In this document: positions 1 to 9,465 of the stretch, in pieces
Numbering within the stretch: the first letter of the stretch is position 1
How the letters are laid out: every line of letters begins with the position of its first letter
Source of the DNA: Gammaproteobacteria bacterium
GTDB taxonomy: Bacteria > Pseudomonadota > Gammaproteobacteria > Pseudomonadales > Pseudohongiellaceae
Reading direction: 5' to 3'
DNA length: 64,000 nt
Assembly (NCBI GenBank): GCA_002730035.1
Contig: PBYU01000016.1
Location: forward strand, 126,098 to 190,097
Program-made: the position numbers and the translations under genes
The notes under the pieces: model-generated
Seen by the model: the letters and a program-made list of their open reading frames with translations, nothing else
What the model was told of the DNA's origin: nothing
The model's database searches: none

Positions 1-215
1 CTGCTAGTAACCAGTGGCGTGCTACTTAGCGACGCCAATACGGCAGGTGCCAGCACCTTTGACGGAGTCACACTCGCCGTGCCATCGATGGATGTTGATG
101 GTATGTCTTACTGGGCCAACTTCGATCTATTAACCGCCGACCCTCCCACGTTTGTATTTGTCGATGCTGGAGCAACGGTGGTGGATCTACGGGTCTGACC
201 GATTACCGCGGCAAG

Positions 216-560
216 GTGGTGTTTATCGATTTCTGGGCATCCTGGTGCCCACCTTGTCTGGCGTCATTGCCCGCCTATGACAAGATGTATCAGGAGCTTG
301 GCAATACAGAATTTGAATTTATCGCTATCAATGTCGATGAGAACACCGAAGATGGCATCTTTTTCCTCGAGGACCACCCGGTATCCTACCCCGTGCTGGC
401 GGACCCGGAAGGAGTTATAGGCATTCCCTACCGGGTGCGATCTCTGCCTGTGTCCTACTTATTGGATAGAGAAGGTCGAATAGTTCAGTCTTTCCGCAGT
501 TACCAACCGGGTGACGAGATCGACATCAAGCAGCAGATCGAAATCCTGCTGGCGAACTGA
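216..560 (+). CDS. TlpA/ResA-like thioredoxin-fold thiol:disulfide oxidoreductase (C-terminal part; N-terminus appears to lie in another frame)
   Basis: Redox motif WCPPC occurs in FIDFWASWCPPC, and the thioredoxin-like sequence runs to the stop at 558-560. The listed GTG start would remove the first strand of the fold (see the frameshift finding). Confidence 0.75.
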   Translation: MVFIDFWASWCPPCLASLPAYDKMYQELGNTEFEFIAINVDENTEDGIFFLEDHPVSYPVLADPEGVIGIPYRVRSLPVSYLLDREGRIVQSFRSYQPGDEIDIKQQIEILLAN

Positions 561-697
561 AACCTGTAGATGAGCGACCCATTGCATCGCTCAGAACACT
601 GCTTTACTCTCTGAAGCAGGGGTTAAACCCAGTCCCTCAACCATTCGTCCTAAAATAGGCATTCTTCTCTGTCTGGTAAGGATGGAGGAGTAGTGTC

Positions 698-1765
698 ATG
701 TGTCTCAGTCAAAGAATTCTCAGCACAGTCCTCGCTCTGGCTGCATTCACCACCAGCACGGTATTGATTGCCCAATTAGAGCCGATTAATAATCGACCCA
801 ACCCTTACAGTTCGGTGGATGGTTGGGCCCAGCTACCAGATGGTCGGGAATGGGGCTCCACCGCCGGCGTGGATATCGACCCGGATGGACGGCATCTGTG
901 GGCGATCGATCGCTGTGGCAGCAACAGCTGTGCCGGGTCAAACCTGGATCCGATCGTCAAAATCGATGCCAATGGCAATGTGGTCGCCGCCATCGGTGGT
1001 GGCCTGATGCTGTTTCCCCATGGCCTGCATGTCGACCGGGATGGCAACGTCTGGGTTACCGATGCTCAAGGGCCGGATCCAGCCAATCCCGCTACCGCCG
1101 GCAAGGGTCATGTAGTTTACAAACTAAGTCCGGAAGGGGAAGTGCTGTTAACTCTTGGTCGGCCGGGTGTGGCTGGAAATGGAACCGATGCACTTCTGGA
1201 GACTCCCTGCGATGTGGTCACCGATGCCGATGGCAATATCTATGTTGGCGATGGCCATAGTGGGCAGAATGCGGCGGCGACCCCGGACACGGTGGCTCGC
1301 ATTGTGAAATTCGATCGCAACGGCAATCTCATCAAATACTGGGGCGGATGGGGTGACGGAGCCGGCCAACTGAAGACCCCCCATGCCGTCGACATCGATT
1401 CCCGTAATCGCCTGGTAGTGGGTGACCGTGGAAATAACCGCTTGCAGATTTTTGACCTGAACGGCAATTACATCGGCGAGTTCAAGTCCTTCAGCCGACC
1501 CAGCGGTATCTATATCACCGACGATGACATTATTTTTGTCGCCGATTCAGAATCGGAATTTGATAATACGCGCAATCCGGGCTGGGAGGCCGGCATCCGC
1601 GTCGGCAGCTTATTGGACGGGATAGTCGATTACTTCATCGACGGCACTGTTGCAGCCTATCCAGAGGGTTCGAATCCTGAAGGCGTTGCGGTGGACTCTG
1701 CCGGCAATGTGTTCGGGGCTGTGGTTTCTGGCGGGGGTGCCATGGTGAGGTCATCGCGGCGGTAG
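698..1765 (+). CDS. Secreted NHL-repeat six-bladed beta-propeller protein (peptidyl-alpha-hydroxyglycine lyase-like)
   Basis: It has a hydrophobic N-terminal signal. NHL-type blades repeat (GNVWVTD, GNIYVGDGH, LVVGDRGNNRLQIFD, IIFVADSES). Confidence 0.8.
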   Translation: MCLSQRILSTVLALAAFTTSTVLIAQLEPINNRPNPYSSVDGWAQLPDGREWGSTAGVDIDPDGRHLWAIDRCGSNSCAGSNLDPIVKIDANGNVVAAIGGGLMLFPHGLHVDRDGNVWVTDAQGPDPANPATAGKGHVVYKLSPEGEVLLTLGRPGVAGNGTDALLETPCDVVTDADGNIYVGDGHSGQNAAATPDTVARIVKFDRNGNLIKYWGGWGDGAGQLKTPHAVDIDSRNRLVVGDRGNNRLQIFDLNGNYIGEFKSFSRPSGIYITDDDIIFVADSESEFDNTRNPGWEAGIRVGSLLDGIVDYFIDGTVAAYPEGSNPEGVAVDSAGNVFGAVVSGGGAMVRSSRR

Positions 1766-1842
1766 TTAGTAATCCTCTGCAGTAAGCAGTTGAATACAGA
1801 CTAGTCTGAATCAAGCGGACACATCTTCGTCGGCGAATTTGG

Positions 1843-2148
1843 TCAGGATTTACTCTTCACTCCCGCATAACGCGCCAGGACCTTCGGATTGTTATGTATG
1901 TGTTTCTCAATCAGACTGACGAGATCTGTCTTAGACACCATGCCGAAGCTGGCGATGACCTCGGAGTTTAATACCAGGGAAACGAAAAGAATAACGAATA
2001 GCAATATATAGAGTGAGGGTGCCACGATGCCCAGCATCCTCAATACGGCACAAAATACCAAGCCAACCCAGAGAAACGACCGTAGTGACGCCTCCCGGTC
2101 GATCTGTCGTTTGGCGCGCATTACTAGTTTCAGGTCTCTTTCGTTCAT
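1843..2148 (-). CDS. Small hypothetical membrane protein
   Basis: 101-aa ORF with a long hydrophobic core (LWVGLVFCAVLRMLGIVAPSLYILLFVILFVSLVL). No family recognised. Confidence 0.35.
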   Translation of the reverse strand: MNERDLKLVMRAKRQIDREASLRSFLWVGLVFCAVLRMLGIVAPSLYILLFVILFVSLVLNSEVIASFGMVSKTDLVSLIEKHIHNNPKVLARYAGVKSKS

Positions 2149-2402
2149 TGTGAGTACCCCTGCTGTTTCACTTTTATCTATTGTTCACCGAATCGGTCTC
2201 GATTCTTTGCTTCATGGCCTCGGCAATCATACTGTAGCCTCCACCGGTACTGTCGACGACGTGGTAATGCTCTGTGTCGTGATTATCAATCATACAGGGC
2301 GGCAGGGGATGCTAACAACTTCACAATTATTGCGTAGATTTCAGCCATAGAACTGTTATAAATTAGTTCTGCCGTGAGCGTCCCCCTATTTGGAGCTGCA
2401 CC

Positions 2403-3416
2403 ATGAATATCAATATGAAAAAATGCAGTATTATCATAAGCTTAGCTACAACAATCGGTCTTTTGAGTGGCAAGCTGGCAGCCCAGGATTCTACCTGGGA
2501 ACTGTCCCGCACCCTCGATGGCCATCCTGATTTGCAGGGTGTGTGGGCCAATAACAGCATTACTCCGGTGGAACGCCCGGATGAATTTGCCGACAGGGAA
2601 TTTCTGACCGCTCAGGACATCGAATTTCTGCAGCGCCGGGTGGGCGAGATCGCTACTGAGGATGGAGATGCCCTGTTCGGTGATTGGGTGCTCTCTGCCG
2701 CTGTATCGGGCGAAACCGAATCCTATGACCCAACCACCGGTAACTATGATCAGGTCTGGCTGGCTAACCGCAGCGTTCATAATCGTACATCGCAAATCAC
2801 CGACCCGCCCAATGGTAAGTACCCACCTAGAACCGAACAGTCGATTGCGGCAATCAACACAGCGGTGGAACGGCGCAGAGACCATCCTGCCGATTCCTGG
2901 CTGGACCGCTCACTTGGTGAACGTTGCCTGAGTTTTGGGGCGCCTTATCTGGGTTCTGGTTACAACAGCTACTGGCAGATAGTGCAGGCACAGGAATACG
3001 TCGTCATAGTTCAGGAAATGGCGCACGATGCCCGTATTATTCCACTGACCGACAAGCCACACCTGAGTGATGACATTAAACTTTGGCATGGTGATTCCCG
3101 TGGTTATTGGGATGGCGATACGCTGGTCATAGAGACCAGCAATTATTCAGACAAGAGTGGTTATGGTCCCAATGCTTCTGACAAGATTAATGTAGAGCGA
3201 CTGACCCGTGTCAGTGCGAACGAATTGCAGTATGAGATCACCAGTCATGATCCAGGTATGTTTACTGCTGCCTATACGCGACAGATAATTTTCGATTACA
3301 GCCCGGACCTGATTTTCGAATATGCCTGTCATGAAGGAAATTATGGAATGACCAATATTCTTTCCGGTCACCGGGCACAGGAAAGAATGGCGCGTGAAAC
3401 TGGAAACGTTAACTAA
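2403..3416 (+). CDS. Secreted hypothetical protein
   Basis: It has a signal peptide (IIISLATTIGLLSGKLAAQ). It is a long ORF, and only shadow ORFs lie opposite it. No family recognised. Confidence 0.6.
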   Translation: MNINMKKCSIIISLATTIGLLSGKLAAQDSTWELSRTLDGHPDLQGVWANNSITPVERPDEFADREFLTAQDIEFLQRRVGEIATEDGDALFGDWVLSAAVSGETESYDPTTGNYDQVWLANRSVHNRTSQITDPPNGKYPPRTEQSIAAINTAVERRRDHPADSWLDRSLGERCLSFGAPYLGSGYNSYWQIVQAQEYVVIVQEMAHDARIIPLTDKPHLSDDIKLWHGDSRGYWDGDTLVIETSNYSDKSGYGPNASDKINVERLTRVSANELQYEITSHDPGMFTAAYTRQIIFDYSPDLIFEYACHEGNYGMTNILSGHRAQERMARETGNVN

Positions 3417-3444
3417 AGTGGCGCTAGCAATTAAAAAGGGATTC

Positions 3445-3822
3445 ATGTCCCTGGTGGAAGAAGCCGAGAGTCAGGTGCAGGCACTGACTCCTGCGGAAGT
3501 GGAACAACGGCTGCAACAGGAAGGGGTATTACTGGTAGACCTCAGGGATGTACGGGAATTAAAGCGGGAAGGTTCGATACCCCAGTCGTTGCATGTCCCT
3601 CGTGGCATGCTCGAATTCTGGATCGATCCAGATAGTCCTTACTACCGTGCCGAATTTCAGCAGGCCAACGAGCTTATCCTCTATTGCAACAAGGGTTGGC
3701 GCTCGGCGCTGGCGGCACTCTCTCTGCAGAATATGGGCATGGAAAAGGTAGCCCACATGCAGGGAGGCATGGAGCGCTGGCAAGTCGAGATTGGCAAGAT
3801 CAATTCTCCCAAAGAAACTTAG
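3445..3822 (+). CDS. Rhodanese-domain sulfurtransferase
   Basis: Rhodanese fold with active-site loop YCNKGWRS. I prefer the start at ATG 3445 (MSLVEE...) over the ORF-track start at 3394, which overlaps the upstream gene by 23 nt. Confidence 0.8.
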   Translation: MSLVEEAESQVQALTPAEVEQRLQQEGVLLVDLRDVRELKREGSIPQSLHVPRGMLEFWIDPDSPYYRAEFQQANELILYCNKGWRSALAALSLQNMGMEKVAHMQGGMERWQVEIGKINSPKET

Positions 3823-3836
3823 AAAGAAGATAATTT

Positions 3837-4931
3837 ATGTCACCAAAAACAAATTACTCGCTTGATCCAGCTGCTGCGGTTAATCGAACCCGGCGAACTC
3901 TGCTGCAAGCACTGCCGCTTTTAGTGGCCGCTCCTTACAGTATGGCTCAGGGCAGTTCAACGCCAATAGCAGTAAGCAAACTGCATTCCTTTCAGATTCG
4001 TGTGGCAGATGTCGCTCGTTCGGTAAAGTTTTATCAGGACCTGTTCGGCTCGCCCATCCAGTCCAGGCAGGGAGAGACGATTTGTCTGCGTATTGGCGCC
4101 GGTCCGCACTTTTTTTCAATTGCTCCACTCGGTGCGGGCGAGCAACCGAGAATCAGCCAAATTGGTCTGAGCGTAGCGAATTTTGATGTCGATGATGTTA
4201 TTGCACAGTTAAGGCAACATGGCATCAGCCGCGGCGAAGTGCCGACTACCGGGCAAGATCCGCTCAGTATGGCGATGCGTTATTGGATCAATGAAAGAGG
4301 GCAAAGCGTCGGTGGCAGCAGTGACGGATCCAGGGATCTCTACTTCGCCGATATCGAAGGAATCCACTATCAGCTTTCAGCACAGGACCATTGCGGTGGT
4401 GGTGGCGACCTGGGGAACATATGTAGTAACGTCGAAGCGGCACCGGGTGAAGGCCTGTTTCGCCTGCTGGATCTGAGTCACTTCACCACCTTCCTGGCGA
4501 ATCGTGATCGTGCCAATGAATTTATTACTTCGACCTTCGGAAAAGAGTTTCAGGCCTACCAGGGTCCGGGATCGCCGGTGATTGGTGTTGGCGATGGCGT
4601 TCAGTTCCTGATGTATGTGGGCGGTAGCCAGGCAGGGCAGCCGGCACAAGCCGGCCGCATCGATCATACCTGTTTCAGCATGCAAGGCTTCGATGTCGAT
4701 ACAGTTCTCACGCGTCTGACAGATTACGGTCTGAGCGCACGGCAAGACCCGGCAAATACCCAGCCACTGATGCACTGGGTCAGCATGAGAATGCCGAATC
4801 GAGGCGGCGCCGAGGGAGGCTCGCCGGAATTGTATTTCTCGGATCCGGACGGCATTCGAATGCAACTGCAAGATCCCGGATACTGCGGGGGTGGTGGTTA
4901 TCTGGGAGATAGTTGTCCACCGCTGGCCTAA
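3837..4931 (+). CDS. Tat-exported two-domain VOC (glyoxalase/bleomycin-resistance/dioxygenase) family protein
   Basis: It has a twin-arginine signal (NRTRRTLLQALPLLV). There are two VOC-like halves (FQIRVADVARSVKFYQDLFG and HFTTFLANRDRANEFITSTFG). Confidence 0.7.
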   Translation: MSPKTNYSLDPAAAVNRTRRTLLQALPLLVAAPYSMAQGSSTPIAVSKLHSFQIRVADVARSVKFYQDLFGSPIQSRQGETICLRIGAGPHFFSIAPLGAGEQPRISQIGLSVANFDVDDVIAQLRQHGISRGEVPTTGQDPLSMAMRYWINERGQSVGGSSDGSRDLYFADIEGIHYQLSAQDHCGGGGDLGNICSNVEAAPGEGLFRLLDLSHFTTFLANRDRANEFITSTFGKEFQAYQGPGSPVIGVGDGVQFLMYVGGSQAGQPAQAGRIDHTCFSMQGFDVDTVLTRLTDYGLSARQDPANTQPLMHWVSMRMPNRGGAEGGSPELYFSDPDGIRMQLQDPGYCGGGGYLGDSCPPLA

Positions 4932-4948
4932 AACCAGAAGGAAGTAGT

Positions 4949-5968
4949 ATGGAACATCGCTATGTTGGCAGGAGCGGATTGCGAGTCTCGCCAATCTGCA
5001 TGGGTACCATGAGTTTTGGTAGCTGGAGTGATCGAAACGAATCCTTCAAGATTCTCGAGACGGCCTTCGATCGTGGCATCAATTTTTTCGACGCCGCCGA
5101 GGTCTACCCGGTGCCACCTTCTCCTGAGACTGTGGGATTGACCGAAGAAATCTTCGGCGAATGGATTAAGACCAAGCCACGAGATGGATTGATTGTTGCA
5201 ACCAAGGTAGCTGGAGCGGCCTCAGGATGGTTTGTTCCGCCTATACGGCAAGGCCTGACGGCGATCGACCGGCATCATGTCGAGTTGGCCGTGGAGGGGA
5301 GCCTGCGGCGCTTGGGGATCGACTATATTGATCTCTACCAGGTGCACTGGCCAGATACGGTAATACCGATTGACGAATCCATGGAAGCACTGGACCGCCT
5401 GGTCCAAGCCGGCAAGGTCAGGTACCTGGGCACATCGAATGAAAATGCCTATGGTCTGACCAAGTCCAATACCATCTCCGACTATGAGGGATGGGCACGC
5501 TTCGAATCCATTCAGAACAATTTTTCACTTTTGAACAGACGTTTCTTAGATGAACTTGCTAATGTCTGCAGAAGGGAGCAGGTATCACTATTACCTTATT
5601 CTCCAATCGGTGGCGGCGTACTGAGCGGAAAGTACAACGACGGACAATTGCCAAGCAATACTCGTTTCGGCGATTACCTCAATGAGGATGATCCACGCCA
5701 GCAGGCGATCGCCAAACGATTTGTAAATGAAGGCACATTAGCGTCTACAGAAAAATATCTTGAAATAGCACAAAAGGCTGGAATGTCCCCGGTAACATTG
5801 GCAACAGCCTGGAGTATGAATTTTGATTTCGTGGCTTCTACTATCATCGGTGCGCGCACCGTGGATCAGCTGGACGAGGCACTGGCGGCGCTGGACGTGA
5901 CGCTGAGCGATGAGACTTTAAGAGAATGTGATGAAGTACATAGTCAGATCCCTTATCCAATGGGCTAG
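4949..5968 (+). CDS. NADP-dependent aldo/keto reductase (Tas-like)
   Basis: AKR motifs resemble E. coli Tas (AEVYPVPPSPETVGLTEE, DLYQVHWPD, RYLGTSNE). The start at MEHRYVG is preceded by AGGAAG. Confidence 0.85.
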   Translation: MEHRYVGRSGLRVSPICMGTMSFGSWSDRNESFKILETAFDRGINFFDAAEVYPVPPSPETVGLTEEIFGEWIKTKPRDGLIVATKVAGAASGWFVPPIRQGLTAIDRHHVELAVEGSLRRLGIDYIDLYQVHWPDTVIPIDESMEALDRLVQAGKVRYLGTSNENAYGLTKSNTISDYEGWARFESIQNNFSLLNRRFLDELANVCRREQVSLLPYSPIGGGVLSGKYNDGQLPSNTRFGDYLNEDDPRQQAIAKRFVNEGTLASTEKYLEIAQKAGMSPVTLATAWSMNFDFVASTIIGARTVDQLDEALAALDVTLSDETLRECDEVHSQIPYPMG

Positions 5969-6785
5969 TGCCACCACGCTATTGCTGGCGTCACTCCCCG
6001 GATCTGGCCAGACAATACATATCGCTCATTGTATGGCCGGATGTCCGACAGGGACTTCATCGAGCAATGAAATGATAGTCCGGCATCTGTATGCAGCATC
6101 CATCAATGTCCAATCTGGTCTTGCTGACTGGGTGGCGTACCGCGTGCTGGATGATTCGGTCGGCGTGGCCTCCCTGCTAGCAAGATGGTGGCAGCAGGAT
6201 GATTTATTGCTCGCAACAATCCGCCCCCAGGGAAGCGAGGCTGATGGAGTGGGATTTTCTCAACCCGATCTTCGTGATCAACCAGATCGGCCATACAGAA
6301 TAAATGAGATTGTATTCGATTCGGAAGATCGTGGGCGGTTAACACCATTAACGAGTTTTGCCAACACTCCTTATTGGGACGAATTGAATAACCTGAGCAA
6401 CATGACGCCCATTCCAACTGCTCTACGCACCGGCGGCTGGGCGAGGCTGGAACAGAGCATTAATGAACTTGCTGCGCGCGAGGGTAAATTGTTTGTTATC
6501 AGTGGACCGCTGTATGAAATTTCTGCCCCACTCAGCACCCGGGTGGGTGGTCGCGAAGCTAATAGCATCGCGGAAAGCCCATCTGCCTTTTTCAAAATAG
6601 TGGCTACACCGACTCGATATGCAGCGTTCCTGTTTGATCATGACCTGCCTGTGACGGCTCCCTACTGCGAACAACGCAGCACTATCCAGTCTATAGAGCA
6701 GCGCAGTGGGCTGAATTTTTTACCTGATCTGGCGCAGCAAGCTGTCGCGGATCTGGCGGTCGCGTTACGATGTCCAGCAAACTAA
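5928..6785 (+). CDS. Secreted Serratia NucA-family DNA/RNA non-specific endonuclease homologue (DRGH changed to DRGR)
   Basis: It is collinear with Serratia NucA landmarks (CMAGCPTG, ADWVAYRV, DRGRLTPL, LSNMTPI, GGWARLE, YAAFLFD). It has an N-terminal signal peptide and overlaps the upstream gene by about 40 nt. Confidence 0.8.
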   Translation: MMKYIVRSLIQWASATTLLLASLPGSGQTIHIAHCMAGCPTGTSSSNEMIVRHLYAASINVQSGLADWVAYRVLDDSVGVASLLARWWQQDDLLLATIRPQGSEADGVGFSQPDLRDQPDRPYRINEIVFDSEDRGRLTPLTSFANTPYWDELNNLSNMTPIPTALRTGGWARLEQSINELAAREGKLFVISGPLYEISAPLSTRVGGREANSIAESPSAFFKIVATPTRYAAFLFDHDLPVTAPYCEQRSTIQSIEQRSGLNFLPDLAQQAVADLAVALRCPAN

Positions 6786-6803
6786 CAACAAGGATAGAGA
6801 TTA

Positions 6804-7496
6804 ATGGCTCTGGTCTTTACACCTAATCCTGTTCCAACCGTTCCCGTGTTGGGTGCTGAGGAGCGTTTCCCTGTGCATCGTATTTACTGCGTGGGTCAGA
6901 ACTATGGTGACCACGTAAAAGAGATGGGGGGAGATCCTAAACAGAATCCACCGGTGTTTTTCAGCAAACCCGCCGACGCTATCGTGATCGATAACGCAGC
7001 CGTGCAATATCCCCCTGCTACCAACAATCTGCACCATGAAGTTGAATTGGTAGTGGCGCTGGGTCGAGGCGGAAGAAACATTGCAGTGGATGAAGCTCCG
7101 CAGTGTATCTTCGGTTATGCCGTGGGTATCGATTTTACCCGTCGTGATCTACAGGCTGAGGCCAAACAGAAAGGCAAGCCATGGGATGCCGCTAAGGGAT
7201 TCGATCAGTCGGCGCCGCTATCCGCCATCAATCCGGTGGCAGACGGTAAGCTTCCACAGCAGGGGCGCATTGCGCTGCGGGTCAATGACGAGGTGCGCCA
7301 GGAGGCAGATCTTTCCGACATGATCTGGTCAGTCCCGGAAATTATCAACGAACTATCCCGGTACTTCGAACTGCAGGCCGGTGACCTGATATTTACGGGT
7401 ACTCCCGCCGGTGTGTCCGCCGTGATTGCGGGAGATCATTTACAGGCTGAGATCGAAGCCGTGGGAGAGGTTGATTTTCAGCTGGTTAGCGAGTGA
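6804..7496 (+). CDS. Fumarylacetoacetate hydrolase (FAH) family protein
   Basis: FAH-family motifs are present: IYCVGQNYGDHVKEMG, HHEVELVVALG, DFTRRDLQ, KPWDAAKGFD, GDLIFTGTPAGV. Confidence 0.85.
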   Translation: MALVFTPNPVPTVPVLGAEERFPVHRIYCVGQNYGDHVKEMGGDPKQNPPVFFSKPADAIVIDNAAVQYPPATNNLHHEVELVVALGRGGRNIAVDEAPQCIFGYAVGIDFTRRDLQAEAKQKGKPWDAAKGFDQSAPLSAINPVADGKLPQQGRIALRVNDEVRQEADLSDMIWSVPEIINELSRYFELQAGDLIFTGTPAGVSAVIAGDHLQAEIEAVGEVDFQLVSE

Positions 7497-9286
7497 CGAT
7501 TTCTTTGAGTGTCGATCAGTCAATTCTCTTAGGCATCCTACTCGCCCTGTTGGTACTACTGGTGTGGGGCAGATGGCGTTATGACATCGTGGCGCTTGGG
7601 GCGCTATTCGCCGCCAGTGCTGCTGGTCTGATACCTCAAGAGGAATTGTTTTCAGGATTCGGGAATCCCGCCACAATCACCGTGGTGCTGGTTCTGATTG
7701 TCAGTTTTGGGCTTACTAAGTCTGGAGCGGTGGAATTCATTACAGATGTCCTTGAGCCGGTATCGTCACGACCGTTCCTGCATATCGCCTCGCTCACCTT
7801 TCTCGCCGCATTCCTGTCGATGTTCATGAATAATGTGGGTGCACTGGCGCTGTTGATGCCGATTGCCATTCAATCCACGACCAAAGCTGGCAGACCTCCG
7901 GCGACGGTTTTAATGCCACTGTCATTCGGATCGATCCTCGGTGGGCTGGTTACATTGATCGGCACACCGCCGAATATTCTCATCGCAAACTATCGCCGCG
8001 AGATGACGGGCGAATCTTTCACGATGTTTGATTTTGCGCCAGTGGGAGGCGGCATTGCTGTGTGCGGAATTCTTTTCATGTTGCTGCTTGGCTGGAAACT
8101 GGTAAAGGTGCGCAAGCAGACCGCCGGCCTGGAGTTGTTCGATGTCGAAGAATATTTATTCGAACTGAAATTTACTACAGAAACGACCCTAATGGGTAAA
8201 ACACTCGGCGAATTCAAGGATCTACTCAGGGAAGAAAAAATGGATCTACTATCCATGGAGCACAAGCACGAACAAATTCCTGATGTATGGCGGCATAGGC
8301 GCCACGTGATGGCTGCGAACGATCTAGTGATGATCCAGGGCTCCCACGAGGATGTAGACAATTTCGCTACTACCCATAAGCTGCATATGCTCTCGGCAGA
8401 AAATGCGCAGAAAGAGATTCTTCATTCAGAGAAATTCCGGATCGCCGAAGTGGTGGTCACTCCAGAATCAAATATCGTAGGTCGCACTCCAAGCGAGATT
8501 CGCTTCAATGGAAAATTCGGGGTGAATCTTCTGGCCGCTTCCCGGTCCGGCACACCCCATCGTAATCGGCTGCGGGATTTCCAGTTTAATGTCGGTGATG
8601 TGCTACTGCTGCACGGCGGTGAAGATGAAATGCAGGAGGCAATAAAGAAGTTGCATTGCTATCCACTGGCTAAGCGCGATCTCGACCTGAAGCGCTCGTC
8701 GAAGTCGTTGCCCGCTCTACTGACGTTTGTGGTGGCAATTGCCCTGACAGCCTCGGGGCTAATTTCCATCCAGTTGGCGCTAGGGGCGGCGACGGTGGTA
8801 ATGGCTCTGTTGAATATTGTACCGGTGCGTGAATTCTACGATGGCGTGGATTGGGCAGTAGTCATTCTGCTGGGTGCGATGATTCCCATTGGGGCTGCAT
8901 TGGAAACTACCGGCACAACAACCTTGTTAGTGGACGGAATTCTGTCGGTGGCCGGTGGCCTGTCACCGGTGCTGATTATCGCCATGATTTTGATTATCAC
9001 CATGACGGTATCCGATGTGTTAAATAATGCCGCGACTGCGATCCTGATGGCCCCTATTGCTTACAATATTGCGCTGTCTCTCGAGTTGAATCCTGATGCC
9101 TTTTTAATGGCAGTCGCTGTGGGTGCTTCCAGTGCGTTTCTTACGCCGATCGGCCATCAGAATAATGCGTTGATTATGGGGCCAGGAGGATACAAATTTG
9201 GGGATTATTGGCGGATGGGATTGCCGTTGGAGATAGTCATCGTTGTGGTGGCATTGCCGCTGTTGTTGTTCTTTTGGCCTATTTAG
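7493..9286 (+). CDS. SLC13/DASS-type anion permease with two central TrkA-C (RCK_C) domains
   Basis: Two multi-TM halves flank soluble repeats (LFELKFTTETTLMGKTLGEF and IAEVVVTPESNIVGRTPSEI). The GTG start overlaps the upstream stop (GTGA). Confidence 0.85.
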   Translation: MTISLSVDQSILLGILLALLVLLVWGRWRYDIVALGALFAASAAGLIPQEELFSGFGNPATITVVLVLIVSFGLTKSGAVEFITDVLEPVSSRPFLHIASLTFLAAFLSMFMNNVGALALLMPIAIQSTTKAGRPPATVLMPLSFGSILGGLVTLIGTPPNILIANYRREMTGESFTMFDFAPVGGGIAVCGILFMLLLGWKLVKVRKQTAGLELFDVEEYLFELKFTTETTLMGKTLGEFKDLLREEKMDLLSMEHKHEQIPDVWRHRRHVMAANDLVMIQGSHEDVDNFATTHKLHMLSAENAQKEILHSEKFRIAEVVVTPESNIVGRTPSEIRFNGKFGVNLLAASRSGTPHRNRLRDFQFNVGDVLLLHGGEDEMQEAIKKLHCYPLAKRDLDLKRSSKSLPALLTFVVAIALTASGLISIQLALGAATVVMALLNIVPVREFYDGVDWAVVILLGAMIPIGAALETTGTTTLLVDGILSVAGGLSPVLIIAMILIITMTVSDVLNNAATAILMAPIAYNIALSLELNPDAFLMAVAVGASSAFLTPIGHQNNALIMGPGGYKFGDYWRMGLPLEIVIVVVALPLLLFFWPI

Positions 9287-9465
9287 TTTTGCTGAGTTTA
9301 TTGTTGAGCGGATCGTGCAGGAAGCAATAGAGGCTTCTAAACAATTCACACAGCTCTTCGAAGTTTAGAAATTGAATTCCGGCGCAGCGACTGGTTCCCT
9401 TTGACGTTGCGGCTGGCATCGGAATGAATTAACTTAGTGGCACAACAAGAGTGAGTTTGTAAGCG

